From contig CBDCNP010000002.1 in the NCBI GenBank assembly GCA_965219415.1, positions 672,001 through 736,000 on the forward strand: 64,000 nt of DNA, read 5' to 3'. Origin of the DNA: Candidatus Marinacidobacterales bacterium (GTDB taxonomy: Bacteria > Acidobacteriota > Vicinamibacteria > Marinacidobacterales > DATDRI01). Made by a program: the position numbers and the translations under genes. This document shows positions 9,831 to 19,951 of this stretch, piece by piece. The stretch's first letter is position 1, and every line of letters begins with the position of its first letter. The notes under the pieces are model-generated. The model saw only the letters and a program-made list of their open reading frames with translations, ran no database searches and had not been told where the DNA came from.

Positions 9831-10959
9831 CTACGGCTTGTGAGCGGGCTCGGAGCGCCGGCTCAAGAGAAAGACCTTGATGAACGGATCCAAATAGCCG
9901 TCCATCACGCGATCCACGTCACCGATCTCCTGTTTCGTGCGGTGATCTTTCACCATGCGGTACGGCTGAAAGACATACGAGCGTATCTGATTGCCCCAGG
10001 CGATCTCCTTTTTCCCATCGTGCAAGGCTTCGATCTTCTCTTGCTTCTCTCGAAGCATGCGATCGTAGAGCCTGGCCCGGAGCACCTTCATTGCCATGTC
10101 GCGATTGCGATGTTGGGAGCGCTCGTTTTGACACTGCGTGACGATCCCGGTGGGAATATGGGTGATACGCACGGCAGAGTCGGTGACGTTGACGTGTTGG
10201 CCCCCCGCCCCGCTCGACCGGTAAGTATCGATGCGGATATCTTTCTCATTGATTTCCACCTTCACTTCTTCGTCCACCTCGGGAAAAACAAAGACAGAAG
10301 CGAACGAGGTGTGCCGTCTCTTCGCTGCATCGAAGGGTGAGATGCGTACCAGGCGATGGACCCCGACCTCACTCGAAAGAAGACCATAAGCGTAGGACCC
10401 GCTAACCGTGAAAGTTGCACTCTTGAGCCCCGCTTCTTCACCTTCCTGGTAGTCGAGCATCTCGGTTTTCCAACCCTTTTGCTCGACCCAGCGCAGATAC
10501 ATTCTGAGCAGCATCTCCGCCCAATCTTGAGATTCCGTGCCTCCCGCCCCCGGGTGGATGCTTACGATGGCGTTTTTCGCGTCGTTTTCTCCCCCAAGGA
10601 GCTTTTGGATCTCAGCGGCCTCTACATCCTGCTCCAGTCTCTCCAAGTGTTTCTTGAGATCTTCCGCGACCGCCTCCCCCTCCTTCGCCCACTCGATGAG
10701 CGTACGCACTTCCTCTTCACTACCGTTGAGATGATGGATGAGGTCCAGATCGTTTTGGAAGCGGCTTCTTTCTCGGGATAACTGCTGTCCCCGGGAGGGA
10801 TCGGACCAAACGGAGGGATCGGCCAGTTTTTGTTCTAACTCGGCGAGTGCTTTCTTGAGCGCGGCTTCGTCAAAGATAACCTCGAACGTCCTGCACCCGG
10901 CGTTCGATCTCATCGTACCGCCCTAGCAACTCGTCAATGATCGGTGGCATCGACGGCAT
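9831..10959 (-). CDS. prfB: Peptide chain release factor 2 with programmed +1 frameshift
   Basis: GGQ motif (SSGAGGQHVN) and SPF anticodon motif. The short first ORF MPSMPPIIDELLGRYDEIERRVQDVRGYL ends at CTT-TGA-C. Confidence 0.97.
10869..10884 (-). promoter_or_regulatory. prfB +1 ribosomal frameshift site (internal SD-like GAGG plus CTT TGA C)
   Basis: The minus strand reads CGAGGTTATCTTTGAC, the canonical RF2 autoregulatory site. Confidence 0.93.
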
Positions 10960-12479
10960 CACTGTCTCCTCTTGTCCCGGTGATGGAGCACAACTAAGGT
11001 AACTCCGAAGAGCAATGTTACCACGGCCATCGACTGCGACAAAAGGTAGCCATAGCGAACGAAGAACGTCTCATCAGGCCGGAACGAGACGTTGTGTACC
11101 AAAAGGGCAGGTGTAAACAGGTCTCCGCGGGCCAAGATGCGGCCAAAGGGATCGACGAATGCCGAGACCCCAGTGTTGGCGGCGCGGACCAGATACCTCC
11201 GCGTCTCGATGGCTCGCAGCACCGCCTGGTTGAAGTGTTGGTACGGAGCGGCGCTACGGCCGAACCAAGCGTCGTTCGTCACATTGATCAAAAGGGCGGC
11301 TCCTGCTTTGACGAAACGCCGGGTCAGGTTCGGATAGATCGCTTCGTAGCACACGAAGGCGCCAATATTCTCGCCCTCGACCGAAGCGACGACGACGTCG
11401 GTCCCCGCCGTGAAATTGGAGGCGCTCTGAACGATGGGCTTGGCGAAAAAAAGCAGCGACCGGAGAGGGACGAACTCACCAAACGGAACCAAGTAGATCT
11501 TGCGGTAGCGCAGCCGAACCGTTCCGTCAGGTTCAAGGAGCTTGATCCCGTTAAAGGACCGGTAGTCTTTCGTGCCGGATAGAAACTCGTAGTCGTCACT
11601 GCCGAAGAGGAGAGGCACATTTTTCTCGTTCACGAAATCGCGCATGTGCTGAGCTTCCGCCCCCCCCCCGTCGAAGTAGAAGGGCGTCGACGACTCGGGC
11701 CAGACCACCAGTTGCACCCCTTGCTCGGTGCCCTCGCCCGAAAGCTTCATATGAGTGGCGAAGATCTGCTTTCTATATTCCGGCTTCCATTTGTGCTCCT
11801 GGAGCACGTTCCCTTGTACTACAGCGACCGGGAAGCTCGCCGCCGGAAGTGGGCGCGCCAGCTCCCAGTATCCAAAGAAGAGCGTAGCCCCCACCAGAGC
11901 GGCGACCGGTACCGCGGCCATCGAAGCGCGCTTTAGGCCTGGCCGACAAAGCCAGTAAGCGAACAGCGAGTTCACGAGCACGATCAATAGAGAGATCCCG
12001 TAGACACCGGTGAGTGAGCCAATTTGGATGACCGGCAGGAAGTCGACCTGGCTAGAGCCGAGCAGACACCAGGGGAACCCCCCGAACGGGAACTTTCGGA
12101 AAAACTCTAGCCCCACCCAAAGTATCGGCGCGACGAAAATCCCGGTCGCTCCGCCGCGCAAGCAGGCGGCGGCGGCAAGCCCACCGAAGGCCGTGGAGTA
12201 GAGCGAAAGGTAGGCGACCAAAGTCAAGAGAATGACCACGCTGGTGGGCCGACCTATACCGTCTCCGAAGCGAAACATCGTGTCGCTAATCCAGTACAGG
12301 TTTCCGAGGTGGAAGAACAGGCCGAAAAACGCCCCGGCGACCATCGCTTGACGCGGACGAACCTGGGTTATCTGGTAGAGGAACGGCACCAAGGCCACCC
12401 AGGCAAGCAAGGCCAGCCCGGCGCGTGGGAAGCACAGGACGAGCAGCGTCCCGGAGAGTGCCCCAGCGACGATGTTCAC
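10959..12479 (-). CDS. lnt: Apolipoprotein N-acyltransferase
   Basis: Multiple TM helices, GGFPW, VWPES, KIYLVPFGEFVP, VCYEAIY, NVTNDAWFG and RAANTGVS (nitrilase E-K-C triad). Confidence 0.95.
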   Translation of the reverse strand: MNIVAGALSGTLLVLCFPRAGLALLAWVALVPFLYQITQVRPRQAMVAGAFFGLFFHLGNLYWISDTMFRFGDGIGRPTSVVILLTLVAYLSLYSTAFGGLAAAACLRGGATGIFVAPILWVGLEFFRKFPFGGFPWCLLGSSQVDFLPVIQIGSLTGVYGISLLIVLVNSLFAYWLCRPGLKRASMAAVPVAALVGATLFFGYWELARPLPAASFPVAVVQGNVLQEHKWKPEYRKQIFATHMKLSGEGTEQGVQLVVWPESSTPFYFDGGGAEAQHMRDFVNEKNVPLLFGSDDYEFLSGTKDYRSFNGIKLLEPDGTVRLRYRKIYLVPFGEFVPLRSLLFFAKPIVQSASNFTAGTDVVVASVEGENIGAFVCYEAIYPNLTRRFVKAGAALLINVTNDAWFGRSAAPYQHFNQAVLRAIETRRYLVRAANTGVSAFVDPFGRILARGDLFTPALLVHNVSFRPDETFFVRYGYLLSQSMAVVTLLFGVTLVVLHHRDKRRQ

Positions 12480-12480
12480 G

Positions 12481-13191
12481 CTACTGAGTTATGTACGGCT
12501 TGAACTTCTCAACCTCGCGGAGCTGGACCGCCACTTGCTCGGCCCGCACACGACTCTCGAATCTCCCCACCCGGACACGGAACAGTCCCGCCGAGCCTCC
12601 TGGCTCGAGATAGGCACGGTAACTGGCGTCCTTGAGACGCTTCACCAGGGAGGCCGCCGCCTCTTCGGTCCGGAGCGCCACGACCTGAATCGTGAAGGCT
12701 CCCTGCTCGGCTCCGATCACACCGGGGTCGGTGGACACGGCGCGCTTGGTCGGTGTCGATGGAGAACGCGATTTGTTGGACTTGGCTGATGCTTGCTTTT
12801 CGGCCTCAGTGTTTGAACCCGCACCCGCGCTGGGCTCGGTCGCCTTCCTCGTCTTTCTCGATTTCTTCACCGACGCCAATAATTTCTCCGGGTTGCTGGC
12901 GGGGCTCTGAAGTTCGGCGTCCACTTTCTCGGCTTCGAGTCGCTTCGGGAAATCGAGCTCACGGCGCACGTCGGCAGGGGGAACGGTGGTCTTCATCGAC
13001 TGCCCGACCGGGGGCTTGGACATGATGCTATTCCCGCCTGCGGCAAGCGTTGCATCCCGCACGCCGCGCCCGACCATCACTCCGCAGAGAAAGAGGACTA
13101 CAGAGATGGCTACCGCTGCCATGAAGAAAAAAAACAGTTGCTTGTTGTTCAACTGGACCTCGTAGTAGCCTGCTTCTTCGTACTCGGCCAT
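12481..13191 (-). CDS. SPOR-domain cell-division protein (FtsN/DedD-like)
   Basis: N-terminal TM segment, low-complexity linker and C-terminal FTIQVVAL..FRVRVGRF SPOR motif. Confidence 0.85.
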   Translation of the reverse strand: MAEYEEAGYYEVQLNNKQLFFFFMAAVAISVVLFLCGVMVGRGVRDATLAAGGNSIMSKPPVGQSMKTTVPPADVRRELDFPKRLEAEKVDAELQSPASNPEKLLASVKKSRKTRKATEPSAGAGSNTEAEKQASAKSNKSRSPSTPTKRAVSTDPGVIGAEQGAFTIQVVALRTEEAAASLVKRLKDASYRAYLEPGGSAGLFRVRVGRFESRVRAEQVAVQLREVEKFKPYITQ

Positions 13192-13308
13192 TTCAGACGA
13201 CTCCTTCCGTTTCCTGCCCCTCAATTTCGACTTCGTTGGTCTTCATTGTGTTCCGGGTTTGCCTTCCTCGTAAAAATATCGTTTGCTACGATTATCTGAA
13301 AGCACCAC

Positions 13309-14361
13309 TTAGGCGAGGCTCGACGAACTGCTGGCTTGGATGGTGGCGGAGATCCTTTCCCGTTCCTCCTTGCCGAACTCGCGTCCTATACCCAAGTTAG
13401 CTAGCAGCTGGTCGAAATCGACACGCGCCGCGCTACTGAGGTCGATACCCTCGAACAATGGAGTGCATTGTTTCGACACCTCGGCGACGATCCGGTCCGC
13501 GAACTCGCCGGCCTCGTCCCCCAGCTTCTTATTGAGAAAAGTCGACAGCGTTTCGAAATTGCGATTGTAGTGCTCGACAATTTCCTCGAGCTCATACTCC
13601 TGCTCCACGGTAAAAGCCTTTCCACTCTCCGCGCCTTCCCCTCGCCTCTCCAGAACTCCAACCGCGACCAAACCGTAGAGAATTCTGAGTGTCTCGAAAT
13701 TGGAGAGGAAGCTCAACGAGAGTATCTGCTCGAGGTTCATCGTCCCGTTCACTAGGGACAGAACCTGTGATTCGTCCGAGTCGAGCTCCAGCTTGTAGGT
13801 GAGATTATCTGCGATGTCCGACACGCGAAGGATTCGATCGATGGATCCCAAACCGGCATAGATGCGCGAAAAGTCGTTGATACGGCGAATTCCCTCGAGA
13901 ATCACGTCTTCGGTGTTGAGTTGCAGCGTGATCGGGCCTTGTGCCGATAGGTCCTTGATGACGAACCCGTACTCCCCTCGCAACCAGTCGAAGAGACCAT
14001 AGACGATCTCCTCGACGTGCCCCTGGATCGCCGCAATCAGCTCGTCAGGGGACAGAATGTTTTGCTCTACCATAATCGCCCCGAAGCGCTTGCCGGGGCG
14101 AACCAGCTTGCTCCCCTCCAGGAACTGCCGGACGGTGATCTTGCCTTGCTTGATCAGATACTCGCCGAGTCGATCGTCGGGGAGATTCGAAGTCGCGAAG
14201 ATGATTTGCCCTTCCTTGAAGTAGACGGCCTTCCAACGTCCCATGTCGTGGAAGTTGAGAGTCCCGGTCTCTCGGCTGCGGCTGATACTGGCGAGCAGCT
14301 CGTGGAGGCTCGACTCCGAGAGCGAGCCTCGTATACTGAGTTCCTCGTCCTGCATCTTCAT
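13309..14361 (-). CDS. DUF4388-domain protein
   Basis: IRGSLSESSLHELL..TGTL..VYFKEGQIIFATSN..RLGEYLIKQGKIT..LFDWLRGEYGF pattern. Confidence 0.8.
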   Translation of the reverse strand: MKMQDEELSIRGSLSESSLHELLASISRSRETGTLNFHDMGRWKAVYFKEGQIIFATSNLPDDRLGEYLIKQGKITVRQFLEGSKLVRPGKRFGAIMVEQNILSPDELIAAIQGHVEEIVYGLFDWLRGEYGFVIKDLSAQGPITLQLNTEDVILEGIRRINDFSRIYAGLGSIDRILRVSDIADNLTYKLELDSDESQVLSLVNGTMNLEQILSLSFLSNFETLRILYGLVAVGVLERRGEGAESGKAFTVEQEYELEEIVEHYNRNFETLSTFLNKKLGDEAGEFADRIVAEVSKQCTPLFEGIDLSSAARVDFDQLLANLGIGREFGKEERERISATIQASSSSSLA

Positions 14362-14397
14362 CTCGCTAATGGTGAGCCGCGCTCGGAAACGCCACCG

Positions 14398-15171
14398 TCA
14401 CGAACCGCTCCCCCCTCCTTGCTTGGAGAAGAAGTGTTGGATCAGATCGATCGGCAGTGGGAATATGATGGTCGAGTTCCTTTCCGTTGCAACCTCGGTG
14501 AGGGTCTGCAGATACCGCAGCTGTAGTCCCATCGGGTGCCTACCTACGATCTCCGCCGCTGATGCCAGCTTGTCGGCGGCCTGGAACTCACCGTCGGCGT
14601 GAATGATCTTGGCCCGCTTCTCACGTTCCGCTTCCGCCTGCTTAGCCAGCGCACGAGTCATCTCCGCTGGCAGGTCGACGTGCTTGACTTCGACCGACGT
14701 CACTTTGATGCCCCACGGGTCGGTGTGCTTGTCCAGGATGTCCTGGAGCTGCATGTTGAGCCGCTCTCGCTCCGAAAGCAGATCGTCGAGCTCCACCTGA
14801 CCCAGCACACTGCGAAGCGTCGTCTGCGCAAGCTGCGAAGTCGCATAAAGGAAGTTCTCTACCTCGACGACCGCCTTAATCGGGTGAAGGACCCGGAAGA
14901 AGATCACCGCGTTCACCTTCACCGAAACGTTGTCCCGGGTGATCACGTCCTGAGGCGGTACGTCGAGAGCCACCAAGCGCAGGCTCATCTTGACCATCCG
15001 ATCCACGGGACTGAAAACAAAGATGAGACCCGGCCCTTTGGGATAAGGCAGGAGTTTCCCGAAACGAAAGATCACCCCTCGCTCGTATTCGTTGAGAACC
15101 TTGATCCAGTTGAGAAAGAAAATTGCCACAAGAATAATGCCAATGAAACCACCCATCGGTAGCCCGAACAT
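14398..15171 (-). CDS. SPFH/stomatin-like (slipin) protein
   Basis: [34 protein letters not shown] and [12 protein letters not shown]; adjacent to nfeD. Confidence 0.95.
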   Translation of the reverse strand: MFGLPMGGFIGIILVAIFFLNWIKVLNEYERGVIFRFGKLLPYPKGPGLIFVFSPVDRMVKMSLRLVALDVPPQDVITRDNVSVKVNAVIFFRVLHPIKAVVEVENFLYATSQLAQTTLRSVLGQVELDDLLSERERLNMQLQDILDKHTDPWGIKVTSVEVKHVDLPAEMTRALAKQAEAEREKRAKIIHADGEFQAADKLASAAEIVGRHPMGLQLRYLQTLTEVATERNSTIIFPLPIDLIQHFFSKQGGGSGS

Positions 15172-15174
15172 TGT

Positions 15175-16494
15175 TCACTCCCTTTCAGTCAAGCTCTTAG
15201 AGAAGGGCACCACTCGGAGGACGAGCCCATCAATCCCTGTCACCTGAACGCGCGCCCCCTGCGCGATCTCTGCCTGCGAGAGCGCATCCCAGTACTCTCC
15301 ATGAACGAAGATCTTCCCTCGCCCGTCGATGTCTGTAGAAGCGGTTCCTACCTGCCCGATCAAGCCCTGATCTCCTGTCACGGGTTTCCGCTTCATCGAG
15401 ATGATAACCAATCGAGCAAGAAACCCGAACACCACGACGAGTGTCACTACCACCGGAAGTATGACCGCCCAGCCTAGCTGGAGCGCTGGAGTCGGCACCG
15501 TCTGCTCCTTGAAAAGCATGAGAGACCCCAGGATCAGCGCGGCGGTGCCACCCAGTCCGAGAACACCGAAGGCCGGTGTGAAGGCCTCCGCAATGACTAG
15601 ACCCATCCCTACTAAGAGCAAGAGCAGACCCGCATAATTGACCGGCAACACTTGAAGCGCGAAGAAAGCCAGTATCAGCGAGATGACGCCGATGACCCCA
15701 GGCAACACCGCCCCGGGGTTGGCGAGCTCGAAGTACAGGCCCATCATCCCGAGCGCCATGAGAATGTACGCGACATTCGGGTGGGCAATGACGGAAAGAA
15801 TGCGCTGAGGCCAACGCATCTCGTGTGCGACGACGGTTTGGCCCTTGGTGTTGAGTACCACCTCGTCACCGTCGAAACGGATCACCGTCGTCCCATCGAG
15901 TTGTTCCAGAAGCTCGTCCTCGGTGCCGGCGATGTAATCGATGAGTCCAACCTCGAGCGCTTCGTTCTCGGTCCATGACTGGCTCTCGATGACGCCTTTC
16001 TCCGCCAGCTCCACCGGCCGGCCTCGCTTTGCGGCTATCGAGCGGATATAGGCCGCGGCATCGGACTCGACCTTCTTGGACATCGTCTCGTCCATCTCTT
16101 GGCCGCCTCCGGAGACAGGATGAGCCGCCCCCATGTTGGTGCCGGGCGCCATCGCCGCCACGTCGGCGGAGATGGCGATGAGAAACCCCGCCGAGGCGGC
16201 GCGCGCACCGGATGGAGCCACATAGACCACAATCGGAGTCTCGGCGTTGAGGATCTTCTCGATGATCTCCCGCATCGCTGTGTCCAAACCACCGGGCGTC
16301 TTGAGTTGGATCAGGACCAGTTCCGCACCATCGCGGTCCGCTCGATCGATGCCTTCCGTGATGTACTGAGCGCTGACCCGATGGATAATGTCTTCTACGG
16401 TGAGCTTGTAGATGGGGGCGGACGAAGCCGGCGCCGCCAGGGCCAGCGCGACCGAGGCAAGCAACCGTATCGTCGGTCTGTAGGAGAGACTCAT
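15175..16494 (-). CDS. nfeD: NfeD-family membrane-bound serine protease (long form)
   Basis: Signal peptide, ClpP-like TPGG..AASAG..GAAHPV domain, TM block and C-terminal OB domain (HGEYWDA). Confidence 0.92.
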   Translation of the reverse strand: MSLSYRPTIRLLASVALALAAPASSAPIYKLTVEDIIHRVSAQYITEGIDRADRDGAELVLIQLKTPGGLDTAMREIIEKILNAETPIVVYVAPSGARAASAGFLIAISADVAAMAPGTNMGAAHPVSGGGQEMDETMSKKVESDAAAYIRSIAAKRGRPVELAEKGVIESQSWTENEALEVGLIDYIAGTEDELLEQLDGTTVIRFDGDEVVLNTKGQTVVAHEMRWPQRILSVIAHPNVAYILMALGMMGLYFELANPGAVLPGVIGVISLILAFFALQVLPVNYAGLLLLLVGMGLVIAEAFTPAFGVLGLGGTAALILGSLMLFKEQTVPTPALQLGWAVILPVVVTLVVVFGFLARLVIISMKRKPVTGDQGLIGQVGTASTDIDGRGKIFVHGEYWDALSQAEIAQGARVQVTGIDGLVLRVVPFSKSLTERE

Positions 16495-16572
16495 TGAAAA
16501 TGGAAGTATACACTGAGGTTATGTCGAGTGTCAAGGCGTTCGATGCGGTAAGTCTATGAAACGGCTACCCTT

Positions 16573-18633
16573 GTGGTTCTCACCCTTCGAAATCGGCGAC
16601 TTTCGCCCGGTCTCGCTGCGCCGGGGGCCAACGGCTTGAACACGCGAGCGACGACTGCGGTGGTCGGCTTTTTTGCCGTACTGACTTTCATTTATACGAT
16701 TCCGCTGAGTCTCGACCCCGGAGGTCGGGCTTTGGATCTTGGAGCCGATACCCGCCTCTTCCTCTGGACTCTGGCCTGGGACCTTCATGCGCTGGTGAGC
16801 CAACCCTTGTCTTTGTTTCAAGCCAACATCTTCTTCCCCACCCCCGACACGCTCGCCTATTCGGAACACTTGTTGGGAACCGCGATTCTCGGCTCACCGT
16901 GGCTCGCGGCGACGGGGAGTCCGCTTCTTGCGCTGAACGCAGTGCTCCTCATCTCCTGCGTCGGTGCAGGCGCGGGCACTTACTTTCTCGCGCGTCGAGT
17001 CGGTGTCGGCGTGGCGGGTGCCCTGGCTGCCGGCGTCATATTCGCCTTCGCACCGCCCCGCTTCTTCCGGCTCGGGCAGGCTCACCTCGCGGTCGTACTC
17101 TGGATGCCCCTCTGCCTGGGTTTCGTACACACGTATGCCGCAGGGGGTTCCCGCAAACATCTCTTAGCAGCGGTGGCTTTCTTCACACTTCAAGCCCTCT
17201 CCGGAGGACAACCGGGTCTGTTTCTGGCCCTTGCCGCGGGAGGATTCCTGCTGTACGCGTGGGTCTTCGGCTTGCTCCGACCTCAGGGCAAGCTTCTTCC
17301 GGACTTCGGCCTTGCAACCGCACTCGCCGTCGCGCTGAACTTGCCCTTCTTCCTTCCCTACGTTCGTGTGCAGGAAGCGTCCGGGCTCAGCCGATCGCTA
17401 GAGGAAGCGCGGGAGTGGTCGCCTAACGCCGCCAGCTTTCTCGCGGCGCCCACGCACGCGCAACGCCACCTACTCTCCATCGTTCCGGGACTCGAGCGAC
17501 GCGTCATGGGTACCGCCCGGGCATACTTGTTCCCGGGCTTTCTGACATTGTTTCTCGCTCTGCTGTCCCTTCGCCGGGTGCAAGAAATTGCTCCGGTGGC
17601 CGAGCATGCGCCACCGCCTGCACAGACTGCCCAGGGAGGTCCGGCGCGTTGGCTCATCGCGCTAGACGCCTTGATCCTCGTGTCCGCTGTCCTCACCCTA
17701 TCCCTCGTTCTGACGGGAGGGGGTCGGTGGCAGGTCGGAGGCCTAACCATCTCGGCCCGGGGTGCCGGGAGAGCGGCGGTTGTCTTGGCTGCTCTGTCGG
17801 GGTTGCGTTTTGCGCTTGCCCGTCGAAGCCCATTCGCGTTCCGGGGACCGTATCGACGACTCGTCGAGCGAGTGCGGATCGAGTTTTCATCGCGCGTGGG
17901 CATTCAAGCGGGGTACTACTTCCTTCTCGCTGTCTTCTCTCTATGGATCGCTCTCGGCCCTAGTTTCGGTCTATACGCAGCCCTTTACCGACTCCTGCCG
18001 GGCTTCGACTTCATTCGAGTCCCCTCACGATTCACGCTGCTGACCGTTTTGAGTCTGGCCGTTCTCGCCGGTGTCGGACTGGAGCGACTTCTTAGTCGCG
18101 TCGGCGCGAGTCGACGCCGGCTGCTCGCCCCAATAGGCATCGGCATTCTGCTATTGGAGTTCGCAGCGTTCCCCCTCGATGCCCCCCCCTACTCGTTCGC
18201 GATCCCACCCATCGATACCTGGATTGCCCGCGAGGCCCAACGTTCGGGTCCGTTCGCGGTGGTCGAGCTTCCGGTCCCGGATCCGAGGGATGCCGCCGCC
18301 TCCGCACGCTGGCACTCGCTCTTCATGTTGCACTCGACCGCACATTGGCAAGGGCTCGTCAACGGCTACAGCGGTTTCACACCACCCACTCACGACGCGC
18401 TCTTTCGCAAGCTCGTCAATTTCCCAGATGAGGCTAGCATCGCTGCTCTCGAACAAATAGGCGTGCGTTACGCGGTCATCCACCGGGATGCGTTTAGCCA
18501 AGATGAGTGGACCGGAGTGGAAGAGAGGCTTGAAGTTTTCGACGACCGATTGCGACTAGTGGCCGAGGAGGGAGACGGGCTCGCCTATTCGCTTACTTGT
18601 TCGAAGGCGAATCCAGCTGATCATGAATCGTAG
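16573..18633 (+). CDS. Polytopic membrane protein, probable GT-C/YfhO-like glycosyltransferase
   Basis: WTLAW..ANIFFP..LAYSEH, IRVPSRF and C-terminal LVNGYSGFTP..GVRYAVIH. Many TM helices. Start position uncertain. Confidence 0.65.
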   Translation: MVLTLRNRRLSPGLAAPGANGLNTRATTAVVGFFAVLTFIYTIPLSLDPGGRALDLGADTRLFLWTLAWDLHALVSQPLSLFQANIFFPTPDTLAYSEHLLGTAILGSPWLAATGSPLLALNAVLLISCVGAGAGTYFLARRVGVGVAGALAAGVIFAFAPPRFFRLGQAHLAVVLWMPLCLGFVHTYAAGGSRKHLLAAVAFFTLQALSGGQPGLFLALAAGGFLLYAWVFGLLRPQGKLLPDFGLATALAVALNLPFFLPYVRVQEASGLSRSLEEAREWSPNAASFLAAPTHAQRHLLSIVPGLERRVMGTARAYLFPGFLTLFLALLSLRRVQEIAPVAEHAPPPAQTAQGGPARWLIALDALILVSAVLTLSLVLTGGGRWQVGGLTISARGAGRAAVVLAALSGLRFALARRSPFAFRGPYRRLVERVRIEFSSRVGIQAGYYFLLAVFSLWIALGPSFGLYAALYRLLPGFDFIRVPSRFTLLTVLSLAVLAGVGLERLLSRVGASRRRLLAPIGIGILLLEFAAFPLDAPPYSFAIPPIDTWIAREAQRSGPFAVVELPVPDPRDAAASARWHSLFMLHSTAHWQGLVNGYSGFTPPTHDALFRKLVNFPDEASIAALEQIGVRYAVIHRDAFSQDEWTGVEERLEVFDDRLRLVAEEGDGLAYSLTCSKANPADHES

Positions 18634-19081
18634 TGAGCTTCGCGATCTCGAACGATTTGGTGCCGGCGGGAGTCTGGACGGTGACTTCGTCGCCCTCTTC
18701 TTTGCCCAGTAGTCCTTTTCCAATGGGTGAGGTCGTTGAGATGAGCCCATGTTGCACGTCGGCCTCTTCGCTCATCACCAGGCGGTAGACGATCTCTTCT
18801 TTTTTCTTGATGTCGTAGACGTGGACTTCCGAGCCCAGCGAGACTCGATCCCGCGGAATCTTGCTCAGGTCGATCATAGACATTTCGGCCAGCCGTTTGC
18901 GAAGTTGGCCGAGCCGCGCGTTCACGAAACCTTGGCGCTCCTTGGCGGCGTGGTATTCGGCGTTCTCGGAAAGGTCGCCGTGCTCGCGAGCAACCTTGAG
19001 CTCCCTAGGAAGCTGGACGTGGAGCTCTTCCTCGAGTGATTTGACCTCTTCTTTGAGTTTCTTGAGGAAATCTTGTTCCAT
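18593..19081 (-). CDS. greA: Transcription elongation factor GreA
   Basis: AREHGDLSENAEYHAAKE and ISTTSPIGKGLLGK. Confidence 0.95.
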   Translation of the reverse strand: MEQDFLKKLKEEVKSLEEELHVQLPRELKVAREHGDLSENAEYHAAKERQGFVNARLGQLRKRLAEMSMIDLSKIPRDRVSLGSEVHVYDIKKKEEIVYRLVMSEEADVQHGLISTTSPIGKGLLGKEEGDEVTVQTPAGTKSFEIAKLTTIHDQLDSPSNK

Positions 19082-19155
19082 GACCGGGGGCCCATAGTAG
19101 CACACCGCGGGACGCCGACCCGGCCCGTGGTAGCATGGCGGCAGGTCACGCCACC

Positions 19156-19950
19156 ATGAAAACCCTGGCCAGTCCCGAAAACCCACTCATCAAGACGATA
19201 CGCCGTCTTCGGCAACGGCCCCACCATCGTGGGGAGGACCGGTTCGTACTCGAGGGCCTCAAGCTGGCGAACGAAGCGCTCTCCTCCGGCACCGACGTGA
19301 GCCATGCCTTCCTCTCCGCCGACTTCAGCGAGAGCACGAGTGGGCGCAGACTCCTCCGACTCCTGGAGGCCTCCGGGGTGCCCTCCGTCTCGGTTGAGGA
19401 AAGCCTTTTCCGGCGTTGCAGCAGCTTGGAAGCGCCGGAAGGTGTGTTGCTCCTAGCAAGGCAAGAACCTCGACCGCTTCACGAACTTTCTGGGGATCTG
19501 GTCATCGTGAGCACGGGAGTACAAGATCCAGGCAACCTTGGTGCCATCGCGCGAGTGGCTGAGGCGGCCGGCGCATCGGCGCTCGTTGCTTGTCTTGGGA
19601 GCGCCTACCCTTTTCATCCGAAGGCGGTTAGAGGGTCGATGGGGAGCCTGCTGCGACTGCCCGTTTTCGATGGCGGCGACGTAGACACCGCGATCGTCGC
19701 ACTTAAACGGAAAGGCTTCTCACTCGTGGCGTGCGTCCCTCGTGGCGGATCGGATTTCCGGAGAGCCGATCTCAAGAGCGATTTGGCTTTGATGCTAGGA
19801 AGTGAAAGCGGCGGGTTGCCCGAAGAACTACTGAAAGTGTCCGATCTGCGCCTGTCGGTGCCAATGAAGGATAGCGTGGATTCCCTCAACGTGGCAGTGG
19901 TTGCGGGTCTCGTACTCTACGAAGCAGCACGCCAGCGGGGAGTCATGTAG
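19156..19950 (+). CDS. TrmH/SpoU-family RNA methyltransferase
   Basis: VQDPGNLGAIAR, LGSESGGL and DSLNVAVVAG SPOUT motifs. Confidence 0.92.
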   Translation: MKTLASPENPLIKTIRRLRQRPHHRGEDRFVLEGLKLANEALSSGTDVSHAFLSADFSESTSGRRLLRLLEASGVPSVSVEESLFRRCSSLEAPEGVLLLARQEPRPLHELSGDLVIVSTGVQDPGNLGAIARVAEAAGASALVACLGSAYPFHPKAVRGSMGSLLRLPVFDGGDVDTAIVALKRKGFSLVACVPRGGSDFRRADLKSDLALMLGSESGGLPEELLKVSDLRLSVPMKDSVDSLNVAVVAGLVLYEAARQRGVM

Positions 19951-19951
19951 C

